Shown here: positions 23,619 to 33,712 of the stretch, in pieces | Layout: each line of letters starts with the position of its first letter | How positions within the stretch are numbered: position 1 is the stretch's first letter | Origin: an uncultured Gemmatimonadales bacterium | Lineage (GTDB): Bacteria; Gemmatimonadota; Gemmatimonadetes; Gemmatimonadales; GWC2-71-9 | Direction: 5' to 3' | Assembly: GCA_963761885.1 (NCBI GenBank) | Contig: CAVXIN010000005.1 | Coordinates: 55,734-119,733 of the forward strand | Length of the DNA: 64,000 nt | Program-made: the position numbers and the translations under genes | Notes under the pieces: model-generated | Told to the model about the DNA's origin: nothing | Database searches by the model: none | The model's input: only the letters and a program-made list of their open reading frames with translations

Positions 23619-24677
23619 ATGAGCGTTGTAGATCGCACCTCAAGTGAGTTCGTAGATCTTCTCGACCTCTATCAGCGAGCGCCCCTGCTGGAGCTGGGAC
23701 AACTGGCCGACGCCGAGCGGTGGCGCCAGCATCCCGAGCCCGTGGTCACCTACATCATCGATCGCAACATCAACTACACCAACGTCTGCGTCGCGGACTG
23801 CAAGTTCTGCGCGTTTTATCGCCGGCCGCGCCACGCCGAGGGATACGTGCTCAGCTTCGAGGAGATCGGCGCCAAGATCGACGAGTGCAAGTCGATCGGC
23901 GGGGTGCAGATTCTTCTGCAAGGCGGGCACAACCCCTACATCCCGTTCGACTGGTACCTCGAGCTGATGCGCTACATCAAGCGGCATCACCCGATCCACA
24001 TCCACGGATTCTCCCCCAGCGAAGTGGTCTTCTTCAGCGAGCGCTTCGGACTGTCGGTACCGGATGTCGTCCGTGAGCTGCGCGAAGCCGGCCTGGACAG
24101 CATCCCTGGGGGAGGCGGCGAGATCCTGGTGGACGAGATCCGCGAGCGGGTGGCCAGGAAGAAGGCCCAGACCGAGGAGTGGCTCGGAGTTCAGGAGGAA
24201 GCGCACCGGCAAGGTATGAAGACCTCCGTCACCATGATGTACGGCCTCGGTGAGAGCGACGCGGACCGCCTCGAGCACCTTTTCCGGGTGCGCGAGGTAC
24301 AGGCGCGCACTGGCGGTTTCACCGCGTTCATCTGCTGGCCGCTCCAGCCGGAGGGGACGCCGGAGATGTCGCACTATCAGAAGACCGATGCCGTCACTTA
24401 CCTCCGGACCCTCGCGCTGGCGCGCATCGTCCTCCGGAACGTGCCGAATCTCCAGTCGTCCTGGGTGACGATGGGACACAAGGTGGGGCAGGTGGCGCTC
24501 CGGTTCGGTGCGAACGACTATGGCAGCCTGATGATGGAAGAGAACGTCGTATCCGCGGCGGGTACCACCTACCGCACCACCCTGGGTGAGATCGACCGGA
24601 TCATCCGCGATGCCGGGTATCAGCCGCGGCGGCGGCGGCAGGATTATGTGGTCATCGAGGACAGCGTAGCTGCATGA
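23619..24677 (+). CDS. mqnC: radical-SAM cyclic dehypoxanthine futalosine synthase (MqnC-like)
   Basis: ..YIIDRNINYTNVCVADCKFCAFYR..ILLQGGHNP..TMMYGLGE..ANDYGSLMMEENV..; 352 aa. Confidence 0.8.
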   Translation: MSVVDRTSSEFVDLLDLYQRAPLLELGQLADAERWRQHPEPVVTYIIDRNINYTNVCVADCKFCAFYRRPRHAEGYVLSFEEIGAKIDECKSIGGVQILLQGGHNPYIPFDWYLELMRYIKRHHPIHIHGFSPSEVVFFSERFGLSVPDVVRELREAGLDSIPGGGGEILVDEIRERVARKKAQTEEWLGVQEEAHRQGMKTSVTMMYGLGESDADRLEHLFRVREVQARTGGFTAFICWPLQPEGTPEMSHYQKTDAVTYLRTLALARIVLRNVPNLQSSWVTMGHKVGQVALRFGANDYGSLMMEENVVSAAGTTYRTTLGEIDRIIRDAGYQPRRRRQDYVVIEDSVAA

Positions 24678-24679
24678 GA

Positions 24680-24782
24680 GGCGGACGGGCGGACGGGCGG
24701 ACGGGCGGACAACGGCTCCGAACACAGAGGGTCGGTGCGCACCGCGAACCCGTCCGCCCTTCCGCCTGTCCGCCCGTCCGCC
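24680..24782. repeat. hairpin element copy A: 4x GGCGGACG-type octamers, 39-nt spacer, 4x inverted octamers; flanked by direct repeat CATGAGA(G)
   Basis: The left arm (24680-24711) and right arm (24751-24782) are complementary at 29 of 32 positions. The spacer contains the palindrome GGTGCGCACC (24734-24743). Direct repeats lie at 24673-24680 and 24783-24790. Confidence 0.85.
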
Positions 24783-24783
24783 C

Positions 24784-25257
24784 ATGAGAGTCGGCATCGG
24801 CTACGACTCGCACCGGTTCACCGACGGCAGGCCCCTGGTCCTGGCCGGTGTTCGCATTCCGGGCGAGCGGGGACTCGCCGGTCACTCGGATGCGGACGCC
24901 GTCGCTCACGCCCTCACCGACGCCATTCTGGGGGCCGCGGCGGCGGGCAACATCGGGCAACTCTTTCCCGACACCGACCCGCAGTGGAAGGACGCGGACT
25001 CGATGGAGCTCCTGCGGACCGCACATGAGCTGGTGCGCGGGCGCGGCTTCGCCTTCGTGCAGGCCGATCTGACCGTCATCACCGAGGCGCCGAGGCTTGC
25101 CCCTCATCTCGTGGCCATGGCGGCGTCGCTCGCGGGGCGGCTCGGCGTCTCGGCCGGCGCCGTCGGCGTCAAGGCGAAGACCAACGAAGGCATGGGCTTC
25201 ATCGGCCGGGGCGAGGGGCTCGCCGTCATCGCCGTGGCGGTGCTGGAGGCACGCTGA
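24784..25257 (+). CDS. ispF: 2-C-methyl-D-erythritol 2,4-cyclodiphosphate synthase
   Basis: [40 protein letters not shown]; 157 aa. Confidence 0.95.
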   Translation: MRVGIGYDSHRFTDGRPLVLAGVRIPGERGLAGHSDADAVAHALTDAILGAAAAGNIGQLFPDTDPQWKDADSMELLRTAHELVRGRGFAFVQADLTVITEAPRLAPHLVAMAASLAGRLGVSAGAVGVKAKTNEGMGFIGRGEGLAVIAVAVLEAR

Positions 25258-25310
25258 TCGAAAGTCTGCTCGCCTGGGTCTCGAGTCTCCACCCGGCGGC
25301 GGTCTACGGC

Positions 25311-26324
25311 GTGCTCGCCCTGCTCGCCGCAGTGGAGAACGTGATTCCGCCCGTACCCTCCGACGCGGCCGTGGGCCTGGGGGCGTTTCTCTCCCATCGC
25401 GGTCTCACCAAGCCCTTCGTCGTCTTCCTGGTGACCTGGATCGCCAATCTCATCGGCGCCGGCCTGGTGTACCTCGCCGCCCATCAGTACGGACATCGGC
25501 TCTTCGCCGGTCGCACCGGCCGCCGCCTCCTCGCACCGCGCTCCCTGGCCGTGATCGAGCGCGAGTACCTCCGCTTCGGCATGGCCGGGATCTTCTTCAG
25601 CCGCTTCCTGCCGGGCATCCGCGCCGTCGTCCCGCCGTTCGCGGGGCTCGTCCGGCTAGGCGCCGCGCGCACGCTGATCCCCATGGCCGCCGCCTCGGCC
25701 ATCTGGTATGGAGGCATCACGCTCATCGGTTCGCTGATCGGAGCGCAGTGGGAGCGGATCGTCGCGATCCTGAACGGCGTCAACCGCACCATGGGTATCG
25801 TGACGGCGCTGCTCGTCCTCGTAGGTGGAACCTGGTATTGGACGGTTCGACGCCGGCGGGCTCGCGAGCGTCTCTGGCATGCCACCCGCATGGCGCTCGA
25901 CCCCGCGGCGCCCACCTTTCTGCAGGGGACCGACATCGCCGAGGGATCGGCGAGGGAAGCCGCTGCGCTGCTGGTGCTCGAGCTGGCGTACGCCGACCCG
26001 GTGCTGACCCCGGCCGACCGCGAGCTGGTGGCCGACCATCTCCGCGAACGCTGGGGGCTCGGTGCCGCACGTCCCAGCCTCGATCCGGCCCCCGAGGAGG
26101 AGCGCCGGACGCGATTCGCGCTGTACGCCGACCGGCTCCGTCAACGTTTCGGCCGGGGGCAGCGTCTCGAGCTGGTAGAGCGCATGTGGACCGTTGCCTT
26201 CGGCGACGGAGCCATCGGCGCGCAGGAGGATCGCCTGATGGCCGTGGCGGCCGAGCTGCTCGGGGTGGGCCCCGCGGAAGTGGCCGAGATCCGGCGCCGG
26301 CAGCAGCATCGGATGGCCCCGTGA
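25311..26324 (+). CDS. DedA/VTT-domain membrane protein fused to a TerB-like C-terminal domain; start uncertain
   Basis: The N-terminal ~200 aa form a DedA core ([10 protein letters not shown].., [18 protein letters not shown]). The C-terminal ~130 aa have two TerB-like half repeats ([20 protein letters not shown]; [29 protein letters not shown]). The frame is open back to 25254 and encodes a plausible first helix ([20 protein letters not shown]), but no ATG/GTG/TTG is present there. Confidence 0.6.
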   Translation: MLALLAAVENVIPPVPSDAAVGLGAFLSHRGLTKPFVVFLVTWIANLIGAGLVYLAAHQYGHRLFAGRTGRRLLAPRSLAVIEREYLRFGMAGIFFSRFLPGIRAVVPPFAGLVRLGAARTLIPMAAASAIWYGGITLIGSLIGAQWERIVAILNGVNRTMGIVTALLVLVGGTWYWTVRRRRARERLWHATRMALDPAAPTFLQGTDIAEGSAREAAALLVLELAYADPVLTPADRELVADHLRERWGLGAARPSLDPAPEEERRTRFALYADRLRQRFGRGQRLELVERMWTVAFGDGAIGAQEDRLMAVAAELLGVGPAEVAEIRRRQQHRMAP

Positions 26325-27241
26325 CGGTACCGGCGATTCGGGACGAGATCGAGCGCCAGTTCTGGCTCGAAGGCTTTCGTGATTTCCTCGCGCTCGAGGC
26401 GGGGCACAGTCCCAATACCGTCGAAGCCTACCTGCGCGACCTCCGCCGGATGGGGGAGTTCGCCTTCTCGCGCGGCGTCCGCGATCCGGGGCGGGTGGGC
26501 CGTCCCCTGCTTCGCGATTTCGTCTACCTGCTCAAGGATCTCGGGCTAAGCGCCGCCACGATCCGCCGCGAGGTTTCCGCGATCCGCACCTACTACGCAT
26601 TCCTGGTGGGCGAGGGACGGGTCGCGGACGATCCCAGCGACAGATTGGAGACGCCACGCCGCGGCCGCACGCTCCCCGATACGCTCTCCGTCCTGGAGGT
26701 GGAGGGTCTGCTGGCGGCCCCGGGCATCGATGACCCGCTGGGCTGGCGCGACCGGGCCCTCCTGGAGCTGGCCTACGGCGCCGGCCTCCGCGTGTCGGAG
26801 CTGTGCGGGCTCGTCCTCACCGATCTGCTCCTGCCCGACAACCTGGTTCGCGTGTTGGGGAAGGGAGGCAAGCAGCGACTCGTGCCGATCGGGCGGAACA
26901 CCATCGGCGGGGTGTCGGTCTACCTGCACACACTTCGTCCGACTCTCGATCGCGGCCGCTCGGGGGGGCGGGTGCTGCTCAACGCGCGCGGCGAGCCGCT
27001 CTCGCGCGTCGGCGCCTGGGGAGTGGTGAAGAAAGCGACCCAGCGCGCCGGCATCCGGAAGCGCGTAACTCCACACACCCTGCGGCACAGCTTCGCCACC
27101 CATCTGCTCGAAGGGGGCGCCGATCTTCGCGCGGTGCAGGAGATGCTCGGCCACGCCGACCTGTCCACCACTCAGATTTATACCCACGTGGACCGCGAGT
27201 ATCTGCGCTCGATCCACAAACAGTTCCACCCCCGCGGCTGA
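26321..27241 (+). CDS. xerD: tyrosine site-specific recombinase, XerD-like
   Basis: ..[78 protein letters not shown] overlaps the preceding stop. This is only the last 306 codons of the 714-codon track ORF. Confidence 0.8.
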   Translation: MTVPAIRDEIERQFWLEGFRDFLALEAGHSPNTVEAYLRDLRRMGEFAFSRGVRDPGRVGRPLLRDFVYLLKDLGLSAATIRREVSAIRTYYAFLVGEGRVADDPSDRLETPRRGRTLPDTLSVLEVEGLLAAPGIDDPLGWRDRALLELAYGAGLRVSELCGLVLTDLLLPDNLVRVLGKGGKQRLVPIGRNTIGGVSVYLHTLRPTLDRGRSGGRVLLNARGEPLSRVGAWGVVKKATQRAGIRKRVTPHTLRHSFATHLLEGGADLRAVQEMLGHADLSTTQIYTHVDREYLRSIHKQFHPRG

Positions 27242-27245
27242 CCAG

Positions 27246-28631
27246 GTGATCCGCCTCGCGGTGGGCCTCGCCGTGGCTTGCACCGCGTGCGCGAGGTACG
27301 AGGCTCGACCGATCGACCCGGCGCGGCACCCGCTGGAGCTTCGCACTCGGAGCCTGGCCGACAGCGCAGTCCGGACGAGGGTCTCGCGATACGCGGGATC
27401 GCCCAACGGGAGCCGTTGGACCGACCGCCAGCTTGCGGTGGCAGCTCTCTATTTCCGGAGCGACCTTCGACGTTTGCGTGCCGACTGGCGCGCCGCCGAG
27501 GCTGGCCTGCAGCGAGCCCGAGGCCGCCCCGGCGTGGGCCTCGAGACCGAGCTGGAGCGACGGGTCAGCGGACGTGATGAAGGCAGTCCGTGGGTGGTCG
27601 GCGTCGCGACGCTCTTCACCCTGGAACTCGGCGGCAAGCGGGCTGCGCGTCTCCAGGCTGCCCGCGCGGCCGTGGTCCTCGCGGAGAGCCGGCTCCTGGG
27701 TGCCGTGTGGAGCGCCGTGGCCGATACCCGCCGGGCCACCACCGAGCTGGCCGGCGCGCTTGGCGCCGCCGTCGACGCCGGTGAAGAGCTTCGCCTGCTG
27801 CAGCGGGTGGAGTCACTCGAGCGGGCGCGTTACGCCGAGGCGGCACTGGGCGCCTCCGACCTGGCCCGCACCGCATCCGACGTCCAGAGTGCGCGGCTCT
27901 CGCTGGCCCAGGCGGAGCGCGAGGTACTGGCTGGCCGCGCGTCACTCGCGGCGGCGCTGGCCGTGCCGGTTCAGGCGATCGTGACGATCGAGCCCGAGCT
28001 CGGCGCCGGCGACTGCGTCCGGCTCGACTCCATATCGGTGGACACGTTCGTCACCCGCGCCATGGAACGTCGCCACGAGGTATCTCGCGCGCTGGGCGAG
28101 TATGCCCTGACCGAGGCCCGCGTGCGCGAGCAAGTCGCCCGACAGCTCCCCGACCTCGAGCTGGGCCCGGGCTTCGTGTGGGACCAGGGCGTGAATCGCT
28201 GGACGCTTGCGCTGGCACTTCCCGCGCTGCTCGGCAGCCGGAACCGCGGCGCCATTCGCGAGGCGGAGGCGGAGCGCGAGGCGGCCGGCCTGGGCGTCGC
28301 TGCCGTCCAGGATTCGGTATTCGCCGACATCGAGACGGCGGTGCAGGGATGTCGGGGCGCCGCGCTCGAGCTGGCGGCCGCCGACTCCGTGGTAGCCGCC
28401 GCCGATCGACAGCTGGAGCGCGAGCGAGACGCCTACTCCCGGGGGGAATCGTCGCGCCTCGAGCCGGCCCGGGCAGAGCTCCAGCATTACCGCGCTCTGG
28501 CGGCCCGCCGCTCAGCCGAGCGGCGCGCGAAGGTTGCCGGGCTGCACTTGGCGCGAGCGGGCGGCGGTCCCGAGGCGGGCGAAGCATGGCCCGACCCGCG
28601 GCAGGACGAAGGCGAGGAGGTGGACCCGTGA
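27246..28631 (+). CDS. outer-membrane efflux lipoprotein (CzcC/TolC family)
   Basis: Lipoprotein-like N-terminus [15 protein letters not shown]. Two Ala/Arg/Glu-rich coiled-coil OEP-type repeats. Located upstream of MFP and RND genes. Confidence 0.7.
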   Translation: MIRLAVGLAVACTACARYEARPIDPARHPLELRTRSLADSAVRTRVSRYAGSPNGSRWTDRQLAVAALYFRSDLRRLRADWRAAEAGLQRARGRPGVGLETELERRVSGRDEGSPWVVGVATLFTLELGGKRAARLQAARAAVVLAESRLLGAVWSAVADTRRATTELAGALGAAVDAGEELRLLQRVESLERARYAEAALGASDLARTASDVQSARLSLAQAEREVLAGRASLAAALAVPVQAIVTIEPELGAGDCVRLDSISVDTFVTRAMERRHEVSRALGEYALTEARVREQVARQLPDLELGPGFVWDQGVNRWTLALALPALLGSRNRGAIREAEAEREAAGLGVAAVQDSVFADIETAVQGCRGAALELAAADSVVAAADRQLERERDAYSRGESSRLEPARAELQHYRALAARRSAERRAKVAGLHLARAGGGPEAGEAWPDPRQDEGEEVDP

Positions 28632-29609
28632 GATCCCGGTGGCCGCTGGTCCTGATCATCGTGGTCGCGCTCCTGGCCGCCGTCGTGCTCCTCCGTCGCG
28701 GCGACGACGCAGGCGCAGACGCCGAAGCGGACGGTGAGGACTCCGACGCTCCAATCGTGGCACCGAGCCGAGTGCGGAGCGACGCGGGCGAGACCCGGGT
28801 CGTGCTGGACACCGGTGAGATTCGTCGGATCGCGCTCGCGACCGCCGTGCTCCAGCCGGCGGCGGTGGGAACCGGGCAACGGCTGACGGCGCAGGTGGTG
28901 CCCGAGCCGGAGCGCGCGGTCACCCTCCGGGCGCCGGTCGCGGGACGCCTCAATCCAATCCAGGGCCGCCGGTGGCCCGCGCTCGGAGAGCGGGTCGCCG
29001 CCGGCACGGCCATCGGCCGCGTGTCCGACGCGCAGCCGCTCTCGGTGCCGATGGCTGGCGTCGTCACCCGGGTCGAGGCCAGGCCAGGGGAGATCGTCGA
29101 GGCGGGCCAGGTCCTGCTCGAGATCGCGGACAACAGCCGGCCCGTGGTCCGCGTCTCCTGGCCCGACGACACCACCCGCGCCCCGCGCCCGAGTGACGCT
29201 CCTTCCACCGGGCGGGGCAGCGATCGGCGCCACCCTGATTGGACCGGCACCCGAGGCAGACCCGCTGACGCGTCTGCCGGCCTACCTCTACCGGGCTCGG
29301 GGTCGCTGGTCGGGGGCGGTACCCGGCACCGTGGTCACGTTGTGGGTGGCCGGTGACAAGCGGGTCGACGGCGTCCTGATCCCGGACGGAGCCGTGGTGC
29401 AGTGGGAGGGACTCGCGTGGGCCTATGTCCAGCGTGCGCCCGGCGTCTATGCACGCGTGCGCGTCTCCACCGATCGACCCGTGCAGGGCGGCTGGCTGGC
29501 GAGCAAATCGCTCGCGGCCGGCGACACGGTCGTCGTCGCCGGCGTCCAGGAGCTGCTCTCCGAGGAGTTCCGGTCGCGGGTAACGGTGGGCGAAGAGTCG
29601 GGCGAATGA
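28628..29609 (+). pseudogene. RND efflux membrane-fusion protein (CzcB-like), one frame break
   Basis: N-terminal anchor [21 protein letters not shown], lipoyl/beta-barrel-like APVAGRL..MAGVVTRVEARPGEIVEAGQVLLEI. The C-terminal third (VTLLPPGGAAIGATL..VVVAGVQELLSEEF) is in the next frame after ~29185. Confidence 0.7.
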
Positions 29610-29625
29610 CGCGAGCCTCCCGCTC

Positions 29626-32600
29626 GTGCTGAATGCGCTGGTCCGCGGAGCCATCCGCCACCGCGGGGTGGTGCTCGGACTCGCGGCATTCCTTGTTGTT
29701 GTGGGCGCCAGGACGCTGGACCGTGCCCCGCTCGACGTGTTCCCCGAGTTCGCCCCGCCGCAGGTCTCCATTCAAACCGAGGCCCCGGGACTCTCCCCGG
29801 AACAGGTGGAGCTCCAGGTCACCAAGCCGATCGAGGATGCCATCAACGGGGTCCAGGGCATAGCGGCCGTACGCTCGCAATCCATTCAGGGGCTGTCCGT
29901 CGTGACCGCTGTCCTCGCCGAGCGGGTGGACATTCATCAGGCCCGACAGGCCCTCGCCGAGCGCCTCGGTGAAGTCGCGATCCGGCTGCCGGTGACGGTG
30001 GAGCCGCCCGTCCTGACCCCGCTCACCTCGTCGTCCAGTACCGTCCTCGTCGTCGGCTTCACCTCTGAGTCGCTCGGGTCGATGGAGCAGCGCGGCTTCG
30101 TCGACTGGGTGGTCAAGCCCCGTCTCCTGGCGGTCCCCGGAGTCGGCAAGGTGGCGGTCTTCGGCGGGGAGGTCCGTCAGGTGCAGGTCCAGCTCGATCC
30201 CGAGCGCCTGCGACTGCACGGCATCGGCATCGCCGAGGTCACGGAGGCCGCGGCGCGCTCGACCGGGGTGCGAGGCGGCGGCGTGCTCGATCAGTCCAAC
30301 CAACGGATCACGGTGCGCGCGGAAGGGCAAACCGCCTCCCTCGAGGACCTGGGCGCCACGGTGGTTCGCGAGCGCGAGGGCGCCGCGCTCCGTCTCCAGG
30401 ATCTGGGCCGTGTGGTGTACGCCCCGGACACCCGGTTCGGCGAAGGCGGCGTCAACGGCGAGCGGGGGCTGGTGGTGGTGGTCTCGGCCCAGCTCGGCGC
30501 CAACACCAAGGTCGTCGCCGCCCGGGTAGAGGCGGCGCTGGCCCGTCTGCGGCCGACCATCACGTCCGCGGGCATGACCCTCCACCCGAACCTCTTCCGA
30601 CCATCGGAGTTCATCGACCTCGCGCTCCACAACATCAGCACCTCGCTGGTCCTGGGCGCGGTGCTGGTCGCGATCGTGCTCGTGCTCTTCCTCGCGGATG
30701 CCCGCGCCGCCGCCATCTCGCTGACCGCGATCCCGCTCTCGCTGCTCGCGGCGATTCTCGCGCTCGACTACCTCGGCCTTGGCATCAACACGCTGACCCT
30801 CGGCGGGCTCGCCATCGCCCTGGGGGAGGTAGTGGACGACGCGATCATCGACGTAGAGAATATTGCGCGTCGCCTCCGGCTCAATCGGATGCGGCCGGAC
30901 CCCGAGCCGGTTGCGCGCGTCGTGTTGGACGCCTCGATCGAGGTCCGGAGCAGCGTGGTGTACGCGACATTCGTGGTCGCGCTGGTGTTCGTCCCGGTCC
31001 TGCTGCTCACCGGCGTGCAAGGCGCGCTCTTCCGGCCCCTTTCCCTGGCCTACATCCTGGCCACGCTGGCGTCGCTCGTCGTCGCGCTGACGGTCACTCC
31101 GGCAATGACGTTGCTGCTCCTCGGCGGGCGCGAAGGCCGACAGCAGGAGGCGCCGATGCTCGGGTGGCTCAAGACCCGGTACCGGCAAGCCTCTGAGGTG
31201 GAGTCTCCCGCGTCCGGCCATGGTGACCGGCGTGGCCGCACTGGTGTGCGTGGCGGCGGTGGTGGTGATGCCGACCTTCGGCGCCACCTTTCTGCCGGAG
31301 TTTCGGGAGGGGCACTACCTCATCCACATGAGTGCCGTTCCCGGTACCTCGCTCGATGAGTCGCTCCGGCTCGGCCAGCGCGTCACCGCCGTTCTGCGGG
31401 CCGATTCGCGGGTTCGCAGCGTGGCTCAGCGTATCGGCCGAGCGGAGCTGTCCGAGGATACGTGGGGACCCCACTACACCGAGTTCGAGGTGAGCCTCGT
31501 CCCGCTGACCGGCGAGGCCGCCGAGACCGTCGAGCACGATCTCCGCGTGCTGCTGGCCGGGTTCCCCGGCGTGAACTTCGCTATCCGCGGATTTCTCTCG
31601 GAGCGAATCGAGGAGACCCTGACCGGATCGACCGCGGAGCTGGTGGTGCGCGTGTTCGGCGACGATCTCGACAGCCTCGATCTCGCCGCGCGCACCGTGG
31701 CCGAGGCGGTGGCCGACGTCCCGGGAGCGATCGACGTCCAGTACGATCCGCCCCCGGTCGCGCCCGAAGTCGCCGTCCGCCTACGTCCCCGCGACGTGGC
31801 CACATTCGGGCTTCGCCCCGACGACGTGCTGGGCGCGGTGGAGGTGGCGACCCGAGGCGTGCGGGTGGCCCAGCTCTACGACGGCAATCGAAGCACCGAC
31901 GTCATGGTGACTCTGCATACCCGAGCGGCGCGCCCGACCCGAGGACCTGCGCAGTCTTCCGCTCGTCTCGGAGACCGGCCGCATGGTGGAGCTGCAGCAG
32001 GTGGCGGACGTGGCGCGGACCACCGGGAGGTCGCTGATCATGCACGTGGGGACCCGCCGAGTGCAGACCGTCACGGCCAACGTCTCGGGGGGCGACACCG
32101 AAGGCGCGACTCGTGCGATCGAGCGCCGGCTGGAAGAGGGAACGCTCCCGGCGGGCGTCTACGCCGAGGTGGGAGGATCAGGCACCGCGCAGCGTGAGGC
32201 GCGGCGCGAGCTGCTGCGGAACAGCCTCCTGGCCGCCGGCGGCATCGTGATGCTGTTGTGGCTCGCTTTCGGCGAAGCCTCCCGGCTGGCCCTCGTCCTG
32301 GCAAATCTGCCCTTCGCGCTGGTAGGGGGCGTGCTCGCGGTGTTCGCCACCGGGGGGCTCCTGTCGCTTGGATCGCTCGTGGGCTTCGTCACGCTGTTCG
32401 GCATCGCCACTCGCAACGCGGTGATGCTGGTATCGCACTACGATCACCTGGTCGGGCGGGAGGGGGTGCCGTGGGGCCCGGAGGCCGCCATCCGGGGCGC
32501 CATGGAGCGGTTGGGCCCGATTCTGATGACCGCGCTCGTCACCGGCCTGGGGCTCCTGCCGCTCGCCGTCGGCAGCGGGGATCCCGGACGCGAGATCGAG

Positions 32601-32738
32601 GGTCCCATGGCCGTGGTCATCCTGGGCGGCCTCGTGACTTCGACGCTGCTGACGCTGTTCGTCCTTCCCACGCTGGCCTTGCGCATCGGCCGATTCACCG
32701 ACCGCCGCGACTTCGACGCCGAGGAGGCACTTCGATGA
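29626..32738 (+). pseudogene. heavy-metal-efflux type RND transporter (CzcA/CusA-like), 2 frame breaks
   Basis: MLNALVRGAIRHRGVVL..FPEFAPPQVSIQTEAPGLSPEQVELQVTKPIE..LGEVVDDAIIDVENI... It continues in the next frame after ~31186 (KPLRWSLPRPAMVTG..FLPEFREGHYLIHM) and again after ~31935 (..GFVTLFGIATRNAVMLVSHY..). Confidence 0.85.
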
Positions 32739-33700
32739 CCTGGCTCCACGTGTTGACGGTTCTGTTGGTTCCCGGGGCAGCGGTCGCGCAGGACACGGTG
32801 CGGTTCACGCCCAAAGTGCAGCAGCCGACCTTCGCCGTGCGCGAGCCCGTTCTGCGGGTACGTCCCGGCACCGTGCTCGTCAGCAAGACGCACTTCGGGC
32901 CGTACTACAGCGAGGCGGGCGGTGCGTTCCCCGGCGAGGTGGGACCGATCTACGTCGAGGGCGCGACCACGAAGGACATGCTCAAGATCCAGATCCTTCG
33001 CGTGCATCCCAACGGACCGCTGGCCGCGTCACAGGTCTACTCGGACTTCGGCGGCCTCGCGAGCGACAGCCGGGTTCGGATGCTCAACGAGCCGATCCCC
33101 GCGCGGCGCTATCTCTGGCGTCTCGATACCACCCGTATGGTCGGCACGACGGAGATGCCTAGGAGCAAGGTCAAGCGCATGGAGATCGACCTGCAGCCGA
33201 TGCTCGGCCGGCTGGCAGTGGCACCCCAGGGCGAGGAGGCCTTCGCCGGCCTCTGGCCCGGCGATTTCGGCGGCAACATGGATGCACAGGAAGTGCGGGA
33301 GGGTACCACCGTATACCTGCCGGTGTTTCACGACGGCGCCTACCTCTACTTCGGCGACGGCCACGCACGCCAGGGCCACGGTGAGGTCGCAGGCACCGGC
33401 CTGGAGACCAGCATGGACGTGGTGCTGAAGATCGATGTGGTCAAGAACAAGACGATCGACTGGCCCCGCCTCGAGGATGGGGACCACATCATGGTGGTGG
33501 GCAGCGGGCGTCCGCTGATCGATGCGTTCCGGCTGGCCCACGTGGAGCTGATCGAGTGGATGGAGCAGGAGTACGGGTTCGACCGGTTGGACGCGTACAC
33601 CGTGCTGGGCCAGGTCGGAGAGAGCACGGTCGCCAATATCGTGGACCCCGCTTACAGCGTGGTGGCCAAGATTCGGAAGCGGTATCTCACCGCACGCTAG
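32735..33700 (+). CDS. secreted acetamidase/formamidase-family protein
   Basis: Signal peptide MTWLHVLTVLLVPGAAVA-QD. ..GPIYVEGATTKDMLKIQIL..GNMDAQEVREGTTVYLPV..YFGDGHARQGHGEVAGTGLE... The ATG overlaps the RND stop (ATGA 32735-32738). Confidence 0.7.
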   Translation: MTWLHVLTVLLVPGAAVAQDTVRFTPKVQQPTFAVREPVLRVRPGTVLVSKTHFGPYYSEAGGAFPGEVGPIYVEGATTKDMLKIQILRVHPNGPLAASQVYSDFGGLASDSRVRMLNEPIPARRYLWRLDTTRMVGTTEMPRSKVKRMEIDLQPMLGRLAVAPQGEEAFAGLWPGDFGGNMDAQEVREGTTVYLPVFHDGAYLYFGDGHARQGHGEVAGTGLETSMDVVLKIDVVKNKTIDWPRLEDGDHIMVVGSGRPLIDAFRLAHVELIEWMEQEYGFDRLDAYTVLGQVGESTVANIVDPAYSVVAKIRKRYLTAR

Positions 33701-33712
33701 CGTCCGGCGATC

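Noticed and set aside
24680-24782. The tandem octamer arrays as a possible CRISPR array.
   Set aside because: The repeats are 8 bp long, directly abutting with no spacers, and are arranged as an inverted pair forming a hairpin. No cas genes are present in the window.
25097-27241. A 714-codon ORF spanning ispF, the DedA/TerB gene and xerD.
   Set aside because: The first ~400 codons are Arg/Pro/Ala-rich alternative-frame translation of well-supported genes, which is typical of high-GC DNA. Only the last 306 codons (from GTG 26321) are a real XerD-like recombinase.
26321-27241. The tyrosine recombinase as a marker of an integrated mobile island (czc genes follow it).
   Set aside because: The sequence looks like chromosomal XerD (..[12 protein letters not shown].., full RHRY-type C-terminus). 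It overlaps the upstream housekeeping gene. There are no flanking repeats, tRNA target, compositional shift or other mobility genes.
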